This document shows positions 1-14,535 of a DNA stretch of 64,000 nt, piece by piece. Each line of letters opens with the position of its first letter. Position 1 is the first letter of the stretch. The translations under genes were made by a program, and so were the position numbers. Under the pieces are notes generated by a model. It had not been told where the DNA came from and did no database searches. It was given only the letters and a program-made list of their open reading frames with translations. This DNA comes from Eledone cirrhosa (taxonomy: Eukaryota): assembly GCA_964016885.1 (NCBI GenBank), contig OZ024743.1, positions 312,294,001 through 312,358,000 on the forward strand, read 5' to 3'.

Positions 1-2809
1 CTCAGTCTCCTCTGTATCACTTTTGAGCTGACTTTTGGGATGCTCCCATACAGCTCTGAGTTTTTCATCCTCAGTGTATACTGATTAATGTTCAGAGCCA
101 TCCTCAGCATTCTCGTGTAGCACCCATCCACCATCTGAGTGAGTTTCTTGGTCAGTGTCCAAGTCTCAGACCCATACAGCAGCACAGACTCCACTACAGC
201 AATGAAGAGGCGGACCTTCAGGTCTCTACGAAGGTCCGACTTCCACACCGATCTCAAGCTGTGGCACGCCGCCCAGGCCTTGCTCTTCCTCTCAACCACA
301 TCATCTTCCGTATTCCCAATCTCTGCTCCCAAATACAGGAAGCCCTCAACCAGTTCTAGCGGCTTCCCGCCTACATTAGTGATCCCCTCTGGTTTCTCAA
401 CATTCTCTACCAGATATTGTTTTAGTCTCATTCATTCTCAGCCCCACACTCATCGACACAGTCTCAACCTCCCGCATCAAATACTCTGCCTCCTTCACTG
501 TATTTGTCACTAAAACTATGTCGTCGGCAAATTCAGCATCCGATACCTTTTTCGCCCTAACTCTCCTGCTCTGAGCCGGTGCTACAGTAAAGCCAGAGTC
601 CTGGTGTTTCTCCAGTGCAAGGCGCATACAATAGTCCACTACGATGATAAAAAGGTAGGGAGCCAATGTATCTCCCTGGAGCACTCCAGCCAGTACCTCA
701 AAGAACTCTGTCATCCCATCAGGTGTAATGACTTGGGCTTTGGTGTTGGTGTAGAGCAGTGATATCAGGTCCACTATCCTCTTGGGGATTCCATAAGCCT
801 GTAAGATCTTCATCAGGCAGTAACGGTCCACAGAATCAAAGGCCTTCCTAAAGTCAATGAAAACTATGACCGCAGGAAGGCACTTTTCTCTAGCTCCCTC
901 TAATATCCTCCTCAGCATCAGGATGTGACTGGTGGTTGATCTACCCTCTCTGAAGCCGTTCTGGTTGTCCCTGAGCTTCTTCTTCATCTCAGGCTAGATC
1001 CTGTTAAGAATCATCCTGTTGAGGGTCTTTGTCACAAGTGACGTCAGTGAGATCCCCCTGTAGTTGTTGGTGTTAGAGAGATCTCCCTTCTTTGGCACTG
1101 GGACGATGTTACTGATCCTCCACTGATTCGAGGCAACTCCTCTCTCCAGTGCCCCGTTACAGAACCCCAGGATGATATCATCAAAATCACACCTCTTCAT
1201 CACCTCTGATGCCACTCCATCTTCTCCATGAGCCTTGCCCTCCTTGACCCTCTTCTTGGCTCTCTGAAGCTCCTCTCTGGTGAAGGGCTCTATCTCAACA
1301 TCCAGTTCCTCAAACAGCCGCCTGATCTCCCCAGTGCTCTGGGCTGTGGGGGGTGGCTCTCCTAGTAGGGTCCTAAAATGGTCTAGCCATTTCCTCTTCC
1401 TATCCTCGGGCCCCGTTCCCTGGATCTGACTTGAACACCTTCTCTTCCTCCCTGTGATCCCGTCAATGATCATCCAGCTCTCCTTACATCCAGATCTGTC
1501 AACCGCTCTCTCCACACTTCTGATCTTCTCTATCAGTGCCTCCTCTCTGACCTCAGTGTAAGCGGTACAGAGCTCTTCCCTCATCACCTCCCCAGTCTCC
1601 ATCCTCTCCTCCGTAGGATCAGCATAGAATTGGTCCTTGGCAGCTTTCAGGTGTTCTCTGGCTGCACACACTTTTGGGTTTGCAGAGCTGACGTGCTTCC
1701 CTTTGTTCTTTTTCCTCGGCACCAGGGTTTCACTTGCTTCCGCCACTGCATTGGTGAAGTGCCCGTACCTCCTCGTCACACTCTCCTCAGTCCATCCAAT
1801 CTCTCTCTCCTCTGACTCTCCACACAGAGCACTAAACCTGTTTCTCACTTCCACTGTGAACCTCTCCTGTAGCTTATCATCTTCCTTGAAAGCTCCCCAG
1901 TCATAGATTGTTCTCCGGGGCTGAGCCTTGCTCTTTCTTAAGCTCACCCGGACCTCACTCATAACAAGCCGGTGGTCACTACCCAGTGTACTGAAATAGT
2001 TGTATGGTTCTGTGTTCAGAACACTATTCCGCCACTTTTTCCTTACCAGAATGAAATCAATCTGGGACTTGGACAGGTGCATATCTGAGATGTAGGTCCA
2101 CATCTTCCCCAGATTCTTCCTAAACCTTAGGTTGGTCGCCATCAAGTTCGCCTCCAGCAGGGTGTCTCTCAGTAGTCTTCCATTTCGGTTGGTGTTGTTA
2201 TGGAAGTACCAGCAAGGATCTTCACTGCCCTCCTTACTCAGATGTGCATTGAAGTCCCCCAAAACAAGCAGGATATTGTGTGCCTGAGTGGTGTTGACAG
2301 CTCTACACACCTCCTCATGGAACTCTTCCGCACTCACATCACTGTCCCCCTCGGTTGGACTATAGGCTGAGATGACTGCCAGTCTTGGGTTTCCATTGAA
2401 GGTCACCCTCAACACTCGTGGGGAGATAGGCATTATTTCCCTCACCAACAGATTGGTTTTTGCACTGAACACAAAACCCACTCCTCCTACTGCAGCATTT
2501 GTTGTGTTCTTCACTGCCGATGTAGTGATGAGCTGGCTCCTCTTCCCGATCATCACACTCTTCACGGGCTCATCGTGTAGGATCCCGTGTTCTTGGATCG
2601 CAAGTATCTGTATACCACTCTCCTCGAACAGATGTCCCAACTCATCTCTCTTCTCCAGCGTCCGAATAGTCCTCACATTCAGAGTGCCCATTTTGATGGC
2701 TCTTCTGCAGGACAAAATTGCATTCTTTATATTTGTCTCAGAGACAGCTGATCCATCATCCACTGGCCCTCTCTGTGGCTCTAAGCCAGCAGAGTCATAA
2801 CGACCAGGC

Positions 2810-2814
<5 letters not shown>
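1..2814 (-). mobile_element. Degenerate RTE-like non-LTR retrotransposon (APE endonuclease + RT), runs off the left edge
   Basis: ORF 994..3180 from MKPGRY (2814) has APE motifs (GTLNVRT, LAIQEH, GDFNAH, QIDFIL, SDH) and the RT start (NYRGISL). An in-frame TAG at 994-996 is followed by RT motifs QNGFREGRST, FIDFRKAFDSV, GVLQGDTLAP, FADD. A frameshift near 420 leads to FLYLG...ESVLLYGSETW. The 5' end abuts (TA)n. Confidence 0.9.
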
Positions 2815-2860
<46 letters not shown>

Positions 2861-3308
2861 CACAAATTTAAATTTAAATTTTGAAGAACAAAACAATACG
2901 TTATGAAGATTATTAAATTGCCAAGATAACAAAAGAATCTTACCTTAGAAAATTTAACGATCCCAAATATTTTCGGGTTTAAAAAACCCATTATCAAGGG
3001 ACTTAAAATCGATCGAATAGATTTGTTTAATGCTTCAAACAAGCTACAAAACTCTGATATATATATATATATATATAAATATGTGTGTGTATATATATAT
3101 ATACATACATATATACATATACACACACATATACTAAATACACATAAAGATGATAGTTGCCTCACTCTTAAATTAATCATTATTGTTTCCCTTAAGGTCT
3201 CTCTCTGTGATCTGATCTATTATGTGTCTTCTATTGAATATATGTCATTGTGTAAGATTTGCATTAGTGAACTTCTATAAACACTGATTTATTCTTTCAT
3301 TTAACAAA

Positions 3309-5129
<1,821 letters not shown>

Positions 5130-5130
<1 letters not shown>

Positions 5131-5790
5131 GGTTGATATAATCAATGTAATGAAGTACTGGGGTCGATATTATTGATTTACCACCCTCCCCTGAAATTGC
5201 TGGCCTAATGCTTAAATTAGAAACCATTATTATGGCAGTATCGGTAGAGGGTCGGACACCATGCTTTGCAGCAAAGAGTTACGGTCCTTTATAGCCTGAG
5301 TTCAAATCTTGCCGAGGTTAACTTTGCCTTTCATCCTTACGGAGTCGATAAAATAAAGTACCAGTAATGCACTGGGTAATTGCTGGCCTTGTGCCAGAAG
5401 TAGAAACAATTATTATTAAGTCGACTAGTTGGCAGAGTTGTTTGAGCATAAAATGAATTTGCTTCATGGTATTCTTTCCAGTTCTCTGCGTCTGTAATTC
5501 AAATCCTACCAAGGTTAGCTTTGCCTTTCATCCTTACGGGGTCAGTAAAATAAAGTACCAGTAACACACTGGGGTCAATATATTCGACTTTCTCCTATCC
5601 CCAAATTGTTGGCCTTGTGCCTAAATCAGACACCATTATTATTATTATTTTTGCCATTCTGAGTTCAAATCCCGCCGAGGTTGACTTTGCCTTTCAACCT
5701 TACGGGGTCGATAAAATAAAGTACCAGTAATGCACTGGGTAATTGCTGGCCTTGTGCCAAAAGTAGAAACAATTATTATTATTATTTTTA
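5130..5790 (+). mobile_element. Cluster of about 4 tRNA-derived SINE copies with Meta-like central domain
   Basis: Repeated A-box-like TGGCAGTATCGGTAG, B-box-like GAGTTCAAATCCC, central AACTTTGCCTTTCATCCTTACGGGGTCGATAAAATAAAGTACCAG (resembles the MetaSINE domain), and tail GCTGGCCTTGTGCCAAAAGTAGAAACA(ATT)n. Confidence 0.85.
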
Positions 5791-5816
5791 TTGTTTCTTT
5801 GCTCAGCTTCTAATGC

Positions 5817-6603
5817 TTGGCAGTATCGGGAAAGGGTCGGACGCCATGCTTTGATGTATAGAGTTACAGAATATTCCAGCTGTTTCAAGCAATGCTGATC
5901 TTTGTAAGTGTTCCATCTGTATTACAATCACTATTTGTCTAATATACTTCTCCAGATCTCTACTCACTGTTCCCAACACTAACTATTATTGGTATTACCA
6001 CCACCTCTTTCAGTGACCACGACTGCTTAACCTCCCAAGTTAACCTGTCATATCTTTCAAATTTTTTTTCTTCTTTATCGCATACCTTGTTATCAGCTGG
6101 ACAGACTATATCTATGATCCAACGCTGTTTGCTTGTTTTCTCAATTAATACAATATCTTGTCTTCTATGTTCAATCTCATGGGCACACTGTATCACAAAG
6201 TCCCACAGGATCTTTGCATCATCTTTTTTGATAACACCCTCAGGGCTATGTTTATACCACTTTTCTGCTCTGTCAAGTGCACATTTGCCACAAAGTGCCC
6301 AAAGGACTATCCTTGCTATGTTGTCATGACATTTCTTTTATTCTTTCTGAGCTAGTGATGACTAGAAATATGCCATACAGTTTCTCCATTCATGCCACAA
6401 ATTCTACACTTATCACATTCTGCTGTGTGGTCATTATTATTGACGCATAGAGTCACGGCCCTTGCCATTCTGAGTTCAAATCCCGCCGAGGTTAACTTTG
6501 CCTTTTATCCTCACAGGGTCGATAAAATAAAGTACCAGTAATGTACTGGGTAATTGCTGGCCTTGTGCTAATAGTAGAAACAATTATTATTATTATTATT
6601 ATT
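5817..6603 (+). mobile_element. Meta-domain SINE split by an insertion
   Basis: SINE head at 5817-5868 and body/tail at 6440-6603. A ~17-bp segment TTGA(T/C)G(T/C)ATAGAGT(T/C)AC is duplicated on both sides of the interruption. Confidence 0.7.
5869..6432 (-). mobile_element. R4/Dong-clade LINE fragment (CCHC knuckle + restriction-like endonuclease)
   Basis: CRICGMNGETVWHI...HDNIARIVLW followed by IEHRRQDIVLIEK...IIDIVCPAD...KEEKKFERYDRL...VVVIPIIV (PD-(D/E)xK-type RLE). Confidence 0.8.
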
Positions 6604-9600
6604 AAAAAGAAAAAATTCTCTTCCTTCCCCCTCCAAAAACAAAATACAGAGGGAAACAAATAAACTATCAAACAAAAAAGTTAGGACAGACATGCCACCA
6701 TCCACACCAGCATCAACAACCCCATCACCCCAAACACCAACACCATCACCATCATTAACCCCAACACCACCATCACCTACACCACAAAAGTCACCAAAAT
6801 GCGAAACAGAAACAAACCCACAACAAACGCAAACAAAACAAAACAACCAAAACGATACACACTACACAGCATTAAATTTGAACAACAAGCAATTATTACA
6901 CTACATCCAACACAACACCAGCATCACAGAAAAAGACTACACAACAACCCAAAAGTGCACACCACCTCCTCACATACAAATCACTCGCATCACACAGAAA
7001 ACGTACATGACACTAAAACAAAAATTCCCCAAAGACATCGGAGACTTCCGACAAGCACTCTCCAGGAGGATTTATAAGGACATCCCTCCTGAGGAGGCCA
7101 CAAGCAGTGAAAAGGATGGAGAAACCGTCCTTCCTCTACGAGAAGTAAGGTAAGTGGTCTTTCCCATCTTTTCCACTCCATTTCAACATGACCTCACTCA
7201 GAATAGGCAGCATAAATGCGCGTGGCTTGGGATCGTCATGGAAGCAGGGCCACCTGCTCAACGACCTCAGGTCACTAAACATAGATGTAGTGGCTATCAG
7301 CGAGACCAGAATCTCCGAAGCACGGGCCTTCGCACCGATCTTCGGCGGCTACGATGTGTACGCATCTCCCAGCCGTCCGGGATCGGGGGGAGGAGTTGCT
7401 GTGCTTTTTCGGAGAGGTTTGGATCTTGCGATACGGGCCATCTTCCTGGACCCAGAAGGTAAGTTGGTGGTGCTGGACATGACCAGCGGAGACGGGCAAG
7501 CTTTCAGGTTAGTGGCCGTCTATGCCCCGACAGGAGCAGGGCGGTCTGATTTCTTCCGGCGTCTGGAGACCTTTCTTGGAACGTCCCGCTCTTTAGTGTT
7601 AGTGGGCGACTGGAAGGGGATCTTAGATGCACGCTGGGACTGTGTGGGATTAGTGGATAGGGGAGGAGGGTGCAAGAGTCTCACCAACCTGCTCAGGCGT
7701 TTTGAACTGTCTGACAGGTACTGATTGGATTTCCCGAATGTGCCAATGTGGACTTGGACAAATCGCATAGGATCATCCAGATCATATCTAGATAGAGTAT
7801 TTTGTAGGTAAATAGATAGGTCTAGCATAGGCTGCCCACAATTCAAGATAGTCAGCTACACGGACCACAAATTCGTGATCTTTGTTCTTGACTTAGATAG
7901 GCTTCATAGACGAGGACCCGGCTACTGGAAGCTAAACGCGTCCTTACCAGCGCGCAAGGCCTACAGAGACCGGATTAGCGAACTAGTTAAGCGAGCGTTG
8001 ACGGGGGCCATCATCAACAACAAGTGGTGGTTTGCTCTGAAAAGAGCAATTAGAATAGAGTCCATTAGGTTTAGTAAGGCTTTAGCAATAGAGAAAAATA
8101 GAGCAGAGGGAGAATTAGTTAGAAAATTAGACGAGGCGCTTAGCAAAGGCATCGCGACCGATGTACTTGCGGCGAAATTGGCCCTTGACCAATTCTTCAA
8201 TGCAAAGCACGAAGGCTGCGTTGTCAGAGCTAGGGTGCGTGCTCTCAGACACGAGGGGACGAAAGCCGTTCAATGGGCCCGAGTGGCGGAGGCGCGTCGT
8301 GGCAACAAAGCCACGATCCGGTCTTTGGTGGACCACGACGGGCGCATGCTACTCGATCCCGGGCAAATGTGTGAAGCTTTTCAGCGACACTTCGCACAGC
8401 TGTTCGGGGGCAGCGGCGGGCAGGATCGAGGGATGGACTTTAGTGTCTACCTCGACGGACTGCCGCGGCTTTCGGCCACTGAGGCGGAGTGTTGCAAAAA
8501 GCCGATAACAGCCGCTGAAGTACGGGAGGAAATAACTGGCTGCACAAGGGGTAAATCGCCTGGTTTGGATGGTCTGCCCTATGAACTTTACGTACAGATG
8601 CTAGACTTGTTCGGCGGCCTCTTGACGGACGTCTACTGCAACTGGCAACAGAACGGGAGAATTCCCAGCTCTGTGTGCTGAGGAGCGGTGGCGCTGCTGA
8701 GAAAGGATCCGAACAAGGGGGATAATATAGATAATTTCAGGCCCATAACTCTGCTAAACACAGAGTTCAAGATTTTGGCCAAGTTGCTAGCAAAGAGGTT
8801 GGCACTTGTCGTTGGTGGTCTGGTGGGAGAGGCACAGACATGCGCCATTCCCGACAGATCCATCCACGACAACCTCCACCTCATGCGATACATCGTAGAG
8901 AGGGTAGCTAGGGAAACTGGCACGGGTGGGTCCTTGATCAATTTAGATCAGTCGAAAGCTTTCGATAGGGTCGACCATCGTTACCTAGCGGCAGTCCTGA
9001 GGGCGGCTGGCTTTGGGCCCGTCTTCATAGGCTGGATCGCTGCCATGCACAGCGACATCTGCTCTGTGGTGAGAGTGAACGGTCACCTTTCGGAACCGTT
9101 CAACATCATGCGCTCGGTCCACCAAGGATGTCCGCTCTCGTCCCTCTTGTACGTATTGACTCTCGAGCCATTACTGCACAAACTGGAGACGTTGAGGGGG
9201 GTCCCGCGCGAACTAGGATGCGGAAGATCCGTGTCAGCATATGCGGACGATGTCACCGTAGTGGTGTCGAACGCCAAACACATCGAGGCGATCGGCACTA
9301 CACTAAGAGAATACGAAGCGGTGACAGGAGCAATGATGAACCAGGAAAAGTCAGTGGGCCTGCAGCTCGGCACCTGGAGAGGCAGGTCCATGCCGTCTAA
9401 CAGCGTCGTCGGACGCTGGACGGACGGACCCGTTAAATTGCTAGGGGTCTGGTTCGGTCCGGACCTCCAGACGGACAAAAAATGGGACGAGGTGACGAGC
9501 AGGGTGGCTTCTCTCACCCAGAAATGGGCGGAGAGGAAGCTATCCCTGAAAGGTCGAGCGGAGGTGGTTAACGCGTACATCGCGTCTGTCATCCGCTACC

Positions 9601-10857
9601 ACCTGACCGTCGTACCTTGTCCTAAGCCCCGCCTGACTGCGCTGGAGCGTTTGCTCTTTCGCATTTTGTGGAAGGGACGCGCTCCGATGGTCAGGCGGTC
9701 CATCTGTTGTCAACACCCGCTACGTGGAGGGCTGGGCATGCCGTGGCTGATGATGCGCAGACACGCGCTCAGGTTACGACATCTCCACCTCTTCCTCGAC
9801 GGTGATCAGGTGTGGTCGCCGTTTGCTAGACACGTATTTCCCCAGCTCGTTTCCTTGACGGAGCTGCAGTCCTGGGTCAAGCGAAGACCGAGAGGGAGCA
9901 CCTGGAGACTGGAATGTCTTCAGGCGCTCACAGCCCTCGACCAATCTGGCAATGTGATCGGTGGAAACTCCACCTCGGCGTTCTATAGAGGATTAGTGGA
10001 GGGGAAGAGCGACGACGTACTTGGGGAAACTATAGGCGTCGACGAAAATCAACTAGCCAATCTCTTCGGAAGAACTTTCGGGCCGGGGCCTATGGACAAC
10101 TTCCAGAAATCCCTGGCCTGGCAGTGCTACCGATGAGCCTTGCCAGTTCGGGATAAACTCTACAGGCATGGAGGTGCCGTCAGCCGGGCATGTCCGAGAT
10201 GCGCGCAGGGCGACGAAACCGTCCTACACGCACTCGTCCAGTGTCCGAAAATTGCTGACTTGTGGGTTTATGTCGAACACCTGCTGTCGCGTGTAGGACA
10301 GATCCGGCTATCATCTGAGTCCATCGTGAGGATTGCCCCGCCCTCTTCCTTTAGCCGGGAAGGGCAGGCAGTTTTTATCTGTCTGGTGGCCATGGCGAAA
10401 GAGATAGTATGGTGGACACGTTTGAAAGGGCTGAAGACGAGCACTTACCTCTTCGGTAATGCCCTGATTGACTTTTTCAAATTTCATTTGAAAAGGAAAA
10501 TCAGAGTAGAGAGGGAAGTGCTCTCTTCCCAGCATTTTGTTGAAAGATGGGTGAGAGAAGCAAGAATGGCCCGAGTGAATGGGCCTACTCTGAGTATGTA
10601 TCTGTAAATTGAAGGTGGAAAATTGGGAGAGGGCACTTGCCTTGGTGGTCAGGGTCACTGTGGCCTTTTACTGGGCTTTCTCCACAAATGTCCCTCCGAA
10701 GTCTCCCCCCTATTGGGGAATTTTTCATTGTTATTTTTTTTGTTACATCCTCTGTTTTTGTTTTTTACACGCAGAAATGCCCATTTGTACCGTCCTGTAT
10801 TGTCCTGCACTGTCCTTATTGTCTACTTTATGTAAACCCTTGTGGTTAATAAAGAAA

Positions 10858-10897
<40 letters not shown>

Positions 10898-10905
10898 GAT
10901 TATTG
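6604..10905 (+). mobile_element. Tx1/L1-clade non-LTR retrotransposon, 5'-truncated, bounded by (TTA)n
   Basis: Probable ORF1 tail 6692-7153, near-complete ORF2 7188-10607, 3' UTR with AATAAA at 10848-10853, then (TTA)n 10861-10900. The 5' end abuts (TTA)n at 6582-6603. A GC-rich island in an AT-rich context. Confidence 0.9.
7188..10607 (+). pseudogene. Tx1 ORF2 (APE endonuclease, RT, C-terminal CCHC) with four in-frame stops
   Basis: ORFs starting at 7188, 7875, 8688 and 10140 share one frame, with stops TGA 7722, TAA 7809, TGA 8679, TGA 10134. Motifs: GSINARGL, ISET, YLDR, TDH, GPGYWKLN, KSPGLDG, DQSKAFDRVDH, QGCPLS, AYADD, CPRC..ETVLHALVQC. Confidence 0.9.
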
Positions 10906-12130
10906 GTTGTCAGACTGTGAAGACTTGTTTTTGTGAGCTCCCTGAATTGGTTAATATTCAAGTTTTTGCATTGAATTAATTGTTATATTTTTTGTAACAT
11001 AGGGGTTATCAGACACCCATCTTTGCTCTGTGTAAAGGTAACCCCATAGTATTTGGGCCTTTGCGGCCAAATATTTAAACTGACAAAATCAGAAGGGCAT
11101 AATTTTTTCAGGTCTCTGGACAACTTTCTAGAAATAACCTGCTAATCAGGTGCTGTATTGTCCCCCCCCCCCCAATGGAAAGAGGCGAACGAAGAGGACG
11201 TTTCAAGATTAACTGGCAGCTGACGATCGATTTTTGTGATTGATGTGAGTATGAGAAGGAGTTATCCTCTGACTAGAGACCTGACACAAATGCTTGCCAC
11301 AGAGAGGGCATTACTAAAGGTACCCAAAAGCCAGTTAATTACATTAAATCAATCAGAAAACAGTTAATGTATACCAGCCAAAAAAGAACAGGAGTAGTTA
11401 CCTCAATGGGCATCTGCACAGTATCCATCATCCAAATATCTCTATTAAGTTTTTGGACAAACCAAGACTATGGAAGAAGACACTTACTTTAAAGTGTCAT
11501 ACAGTGGAATCGAACTTGGAACCATCTGTGGTTGTGAAGTGGGCTTCTTCATAACAACACAGTCATAGTGGTGATCATGTATATATCATCACTAACCTCC
11601 TCCTCCTTTTCTTCCTCTGCTATCATCATCGTCATCTCATCATTAACATCACCACCATCACCATCATCGCTAATATAGCTATATATTCCCTACAACAGTG
11701 GTTGCTAATGCCATTACTGTTTTCTACAAGAGATGTACTTAGATAATTGGTTGAAGGTGACAAGTGCAATCAACACTTAATAAAGACACGCCCACTTTTC
11801 ATTCTTTCATTTCCGACAATGTTGTTACTTTTTTCACACATCCATCTAAATCCTCTGATCTCCTTGGTCCTGTAACACACTGTACTATTGAAAACTATCT
11901 GGAACCAAACATCCTACATGAGGTAAGATAACATTTCCTTAATACAGTTCTGCTGTTTTCACTTCACTTACAGATTCTAGTACATTTGTCAGTTTTCTAT
12001 GGAAAATGTTTTAATCTATTATATGTATATATATTTGAAAAAAGGAAAAGAATGACTTCACAATTTGATTAAATTTTATAATATAATATTATGAATTGGT
12101 AGATATAGTTATATATATATATATATATAT

Positions 12131-12967
12131 TATCATAGATTGAGTTAGAAACTCAAAGTAGTCTTTTACAATTAAATAGCTCAAAGGAGGGAATCTTTCC
12201 GAGCCATGTAATACACTTGAATATATGAGAAGGATGAACACAGATACAAGTATACATGTGTTCCAATTGCAAATGACCAAGTTAGCTAGGTTGAAAAAAT
12301 ACTAATTTAAAACAATATGGTTTGCCTGTCTCGATTTAAAGTAATAAATCAATAAAAATAACAAACCTATATCGGGCAACTGCCTTTGATACCCGGACAG
12401 ATCTAAATCTGTTTCGCAAGAATTATTAAGTGAAAGCCACCATTCCTTTGCTCTTCTGCGGGTATCCAGGAAATTCGTACCTTTCACTTCAAAGGATCTA
12501 AGAAGACTGAACGATGTGTTGATATAAAAGCACATGTTGCAGCACCTAGCACGTCTCATACTCATGCCGCTAAAAATAGCAGCCGGTTTTATGAGACTAA
12601 AGTTAGCTCTACATATGGAGCCAAGAATATCATAGATTGAGTTAGAAACTCAAAGTAGTCTTTTACAATTAAATAGCTCAAAGGAGGGAATCTTTGCGAG
12701 CTGTGTAATACACTTGAATATATGAGAGGGATGAACACAGATACAAGTATACTTATGTACCAATTGCAAATGACCAAGTTAGCTAGGTTGAAAAAAATAC
12801 TAATTTAAAACAATATGAGCTATTTAATTGTAACAGACTATTTTGAGTTTCTAACTCAATCTATGATATTCTTGGCTCCATATGTAGAGCTAACTTTAGT
12901 CTCATAAAACCGGCTGCTATTTTTAGCGGCATGAGTATGAGACGCGCTAGGCGCTGCAACATGTGCT
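12131..12967. repeat. Partial tandem duplication (~498-bp period) plus inverted terminal segment, PLE pseudo-LTR-like
   Basis: 12131-12319 is repeated directly at 12628-12817. 12817-12967 is the reverse complement of 12529-12679. Begins next to (TA)n. Confidence 0.85.
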
Positions 12968-13184
12968 ATTATTTATTAAAGGTCATTGAGCATGTATGAT
13001 GGTCCTGTCAATAAGCAGGCAAAATTCCAGAGTAACAAAACTCTAATCTGGTCTTTAATAAAGAAAATATCATCTCTAATATGGTATTGTGTACTCATCC
13101 TAATCACCATCAATACAAAGTAGTTATATATATATGTATTCTTTTACTTTTTTTAGTTATTACACTGTACCCAAGCTGAGGCAC

Positions 13185-13365
<181 letters not shown>

Positions 13366-13385
13366 GTGTAGTAGAGTATAGTTAT

Positions 13386-13601
13386 ATTATAAAGAGTCGG
13401 GACCTGACAGCTAAGCTCTTGCCATTTCAATGGCTAGTTCCAACAACAGGAGCTCAGCTGTCAGGTCCTGATTCTTTATAATATATATATATAGATCAGG
13501 ACTTATATATATAGTAGAGTCATGGCCTGACGGCTGAGTCCTTGCCATTTTGAATGTATAAACAGCAAGAGTGCAGCCGTTGGACCCTGACTCTCCACTA
13601 T
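13386..13601. repeat. Two related ~90-95 bp imperfect hairpins in tandem
   Basis: 13386-13482 TATTATAAAGAGTCGGGACCTGACAGCT...AGCTGTCAGGTCCTGATTCTTTATAATA and 13511-13601 ATAGTAGAGTCATGGCCTGACGGCTG...CAGCCGTTGGACCCTGACTCTCCACTAT. Both loops start CTTGCCATTT. Confidence 0.8.
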
Positions 13602-13764
13602 GTATATATATATATTTGGTTCTTTCGTGTCAGTTAATGCGTTGTTAGGTTTTCAAGTTGTACTTGTTGATCAATTAATGTGTAGACAGAATTGAGCACT
13701 CAACGTATTTAATTTCCAAATTGTGATGAAATCATGCTGGTCTGCACACCATGGAGTATTAATA

Positions 13765-14056
13765 TAATTGTTTCTACTTTTGGCACAAGGCCAGCAATTA
13801 TCCCAGTGTATTACTGGTACTTTATTTTATCGACCCCGTAAGGATGAAAGGCAAAGTTAACCTCGCCGGGATTTGAACTCAGACCATAACGGGCCGTAAC
13901 TTTTTGTTGCAAAGCATGACGTCCGACCCTCTACCGATACTGCCAGTCTATAATAATTATTTCTACTTTTGGCACAAGGCCAGCAATTATCCCAGTACAT
14001 TACTGATACTTTATTTTATCGACCCCGTAAGGATGAAAGGCAAAGTTAACCTCGGA
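13765..14056 (-). mobile_element. Two Meta-domain SINE copies (one near full, one 5'-truncated)
   Basis: Reverse complement of the SINE consensus seen at 5232-5415 and 36610-36802. Confidence 0.85.
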
Positions 14057-14289
14057 AGCCAGTCTATAATAATGAAGAAATCAGTGTGCTTGAATCTTAC
14101 ATCAATAAAATGATGTAAGATTCAAGTATGGAATAAGTACAGTGGGGACTGGAAAAATATGAAAAATTAATAAATGTGTGTGTGTGTGTGGGGGGGGGGG
14201 GCATTATTTGAGACCCAAGAGTATACATACATATATATATATTATTCAGAATATTAATAAATGAAGACATTCACATAATCAAAATATAT

Positions 14290-14355
14290 GTTTTATTATA
14301 TATATTTCGAAGGTACTGTGTTGTTTTTTCAGTACGTCCTCATCAGATAAAATAC
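14290..14355 (-). ncRNA. Type I minimal hammerhead ribozyme, inverted twin
   Basis: Reverse strand reads CTGATGA-GGACGTACTG...CAGTACCTTC-GAAA-TATATATAATAAAA. Confidence 0.7.
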
Positions 14356-14469
14356 ATGAATTGATGTATGACATACCTCAACGGTCTTGATGGTTCAATT
14401 CCAGTATATAACTGCCAATACTGGAATTGAACCATCAAGACCGTTGAGGTATGCCATACACCAATTCAT

Positions 14470-14535
14470 GTATTTTATCTGATGAAGACGTACTGAAAAA
14501 ACAACACAGTACCTTCGAAATATATATAATAAAAC
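14470..14535 (+). ncRNA. Type I minimal hammerhead ribozyme (PLE-type)
   Basis: TTTTAT-CTGATGA(14479)-AGACGTACTG/loop/CAGTACCTTC-GAAA(14517)-TATATATA-ATAAAA: canonical core, stem II, short palindromic stem III, stem I TTTTAT/ATAAAA. Confidence 0.7.

Noticed and set aside
2815-3180. N-terminal 120 aa of the 728-aa ORF
   Set aside because: Reads through (TA)n and AT-rich flank; retroelement similarity starts at MKPGRY (2814).
5232-5320. tRNA genes at A-box/B-box motifs
   Set aside because: No cloverleaf; the motifs continue into SINE body and tail in many copies.
7188-10607. Selenocysteine or readthrough decoding of in-frame TGA codons in Tx1 ORF2
   Set aside because: One stop is TAA (7809), the TGAs are not at Cys positions (two fit CGA to TGA decay), and the APE GDFN motif reads GDWK; ordinary pseudogenisation.
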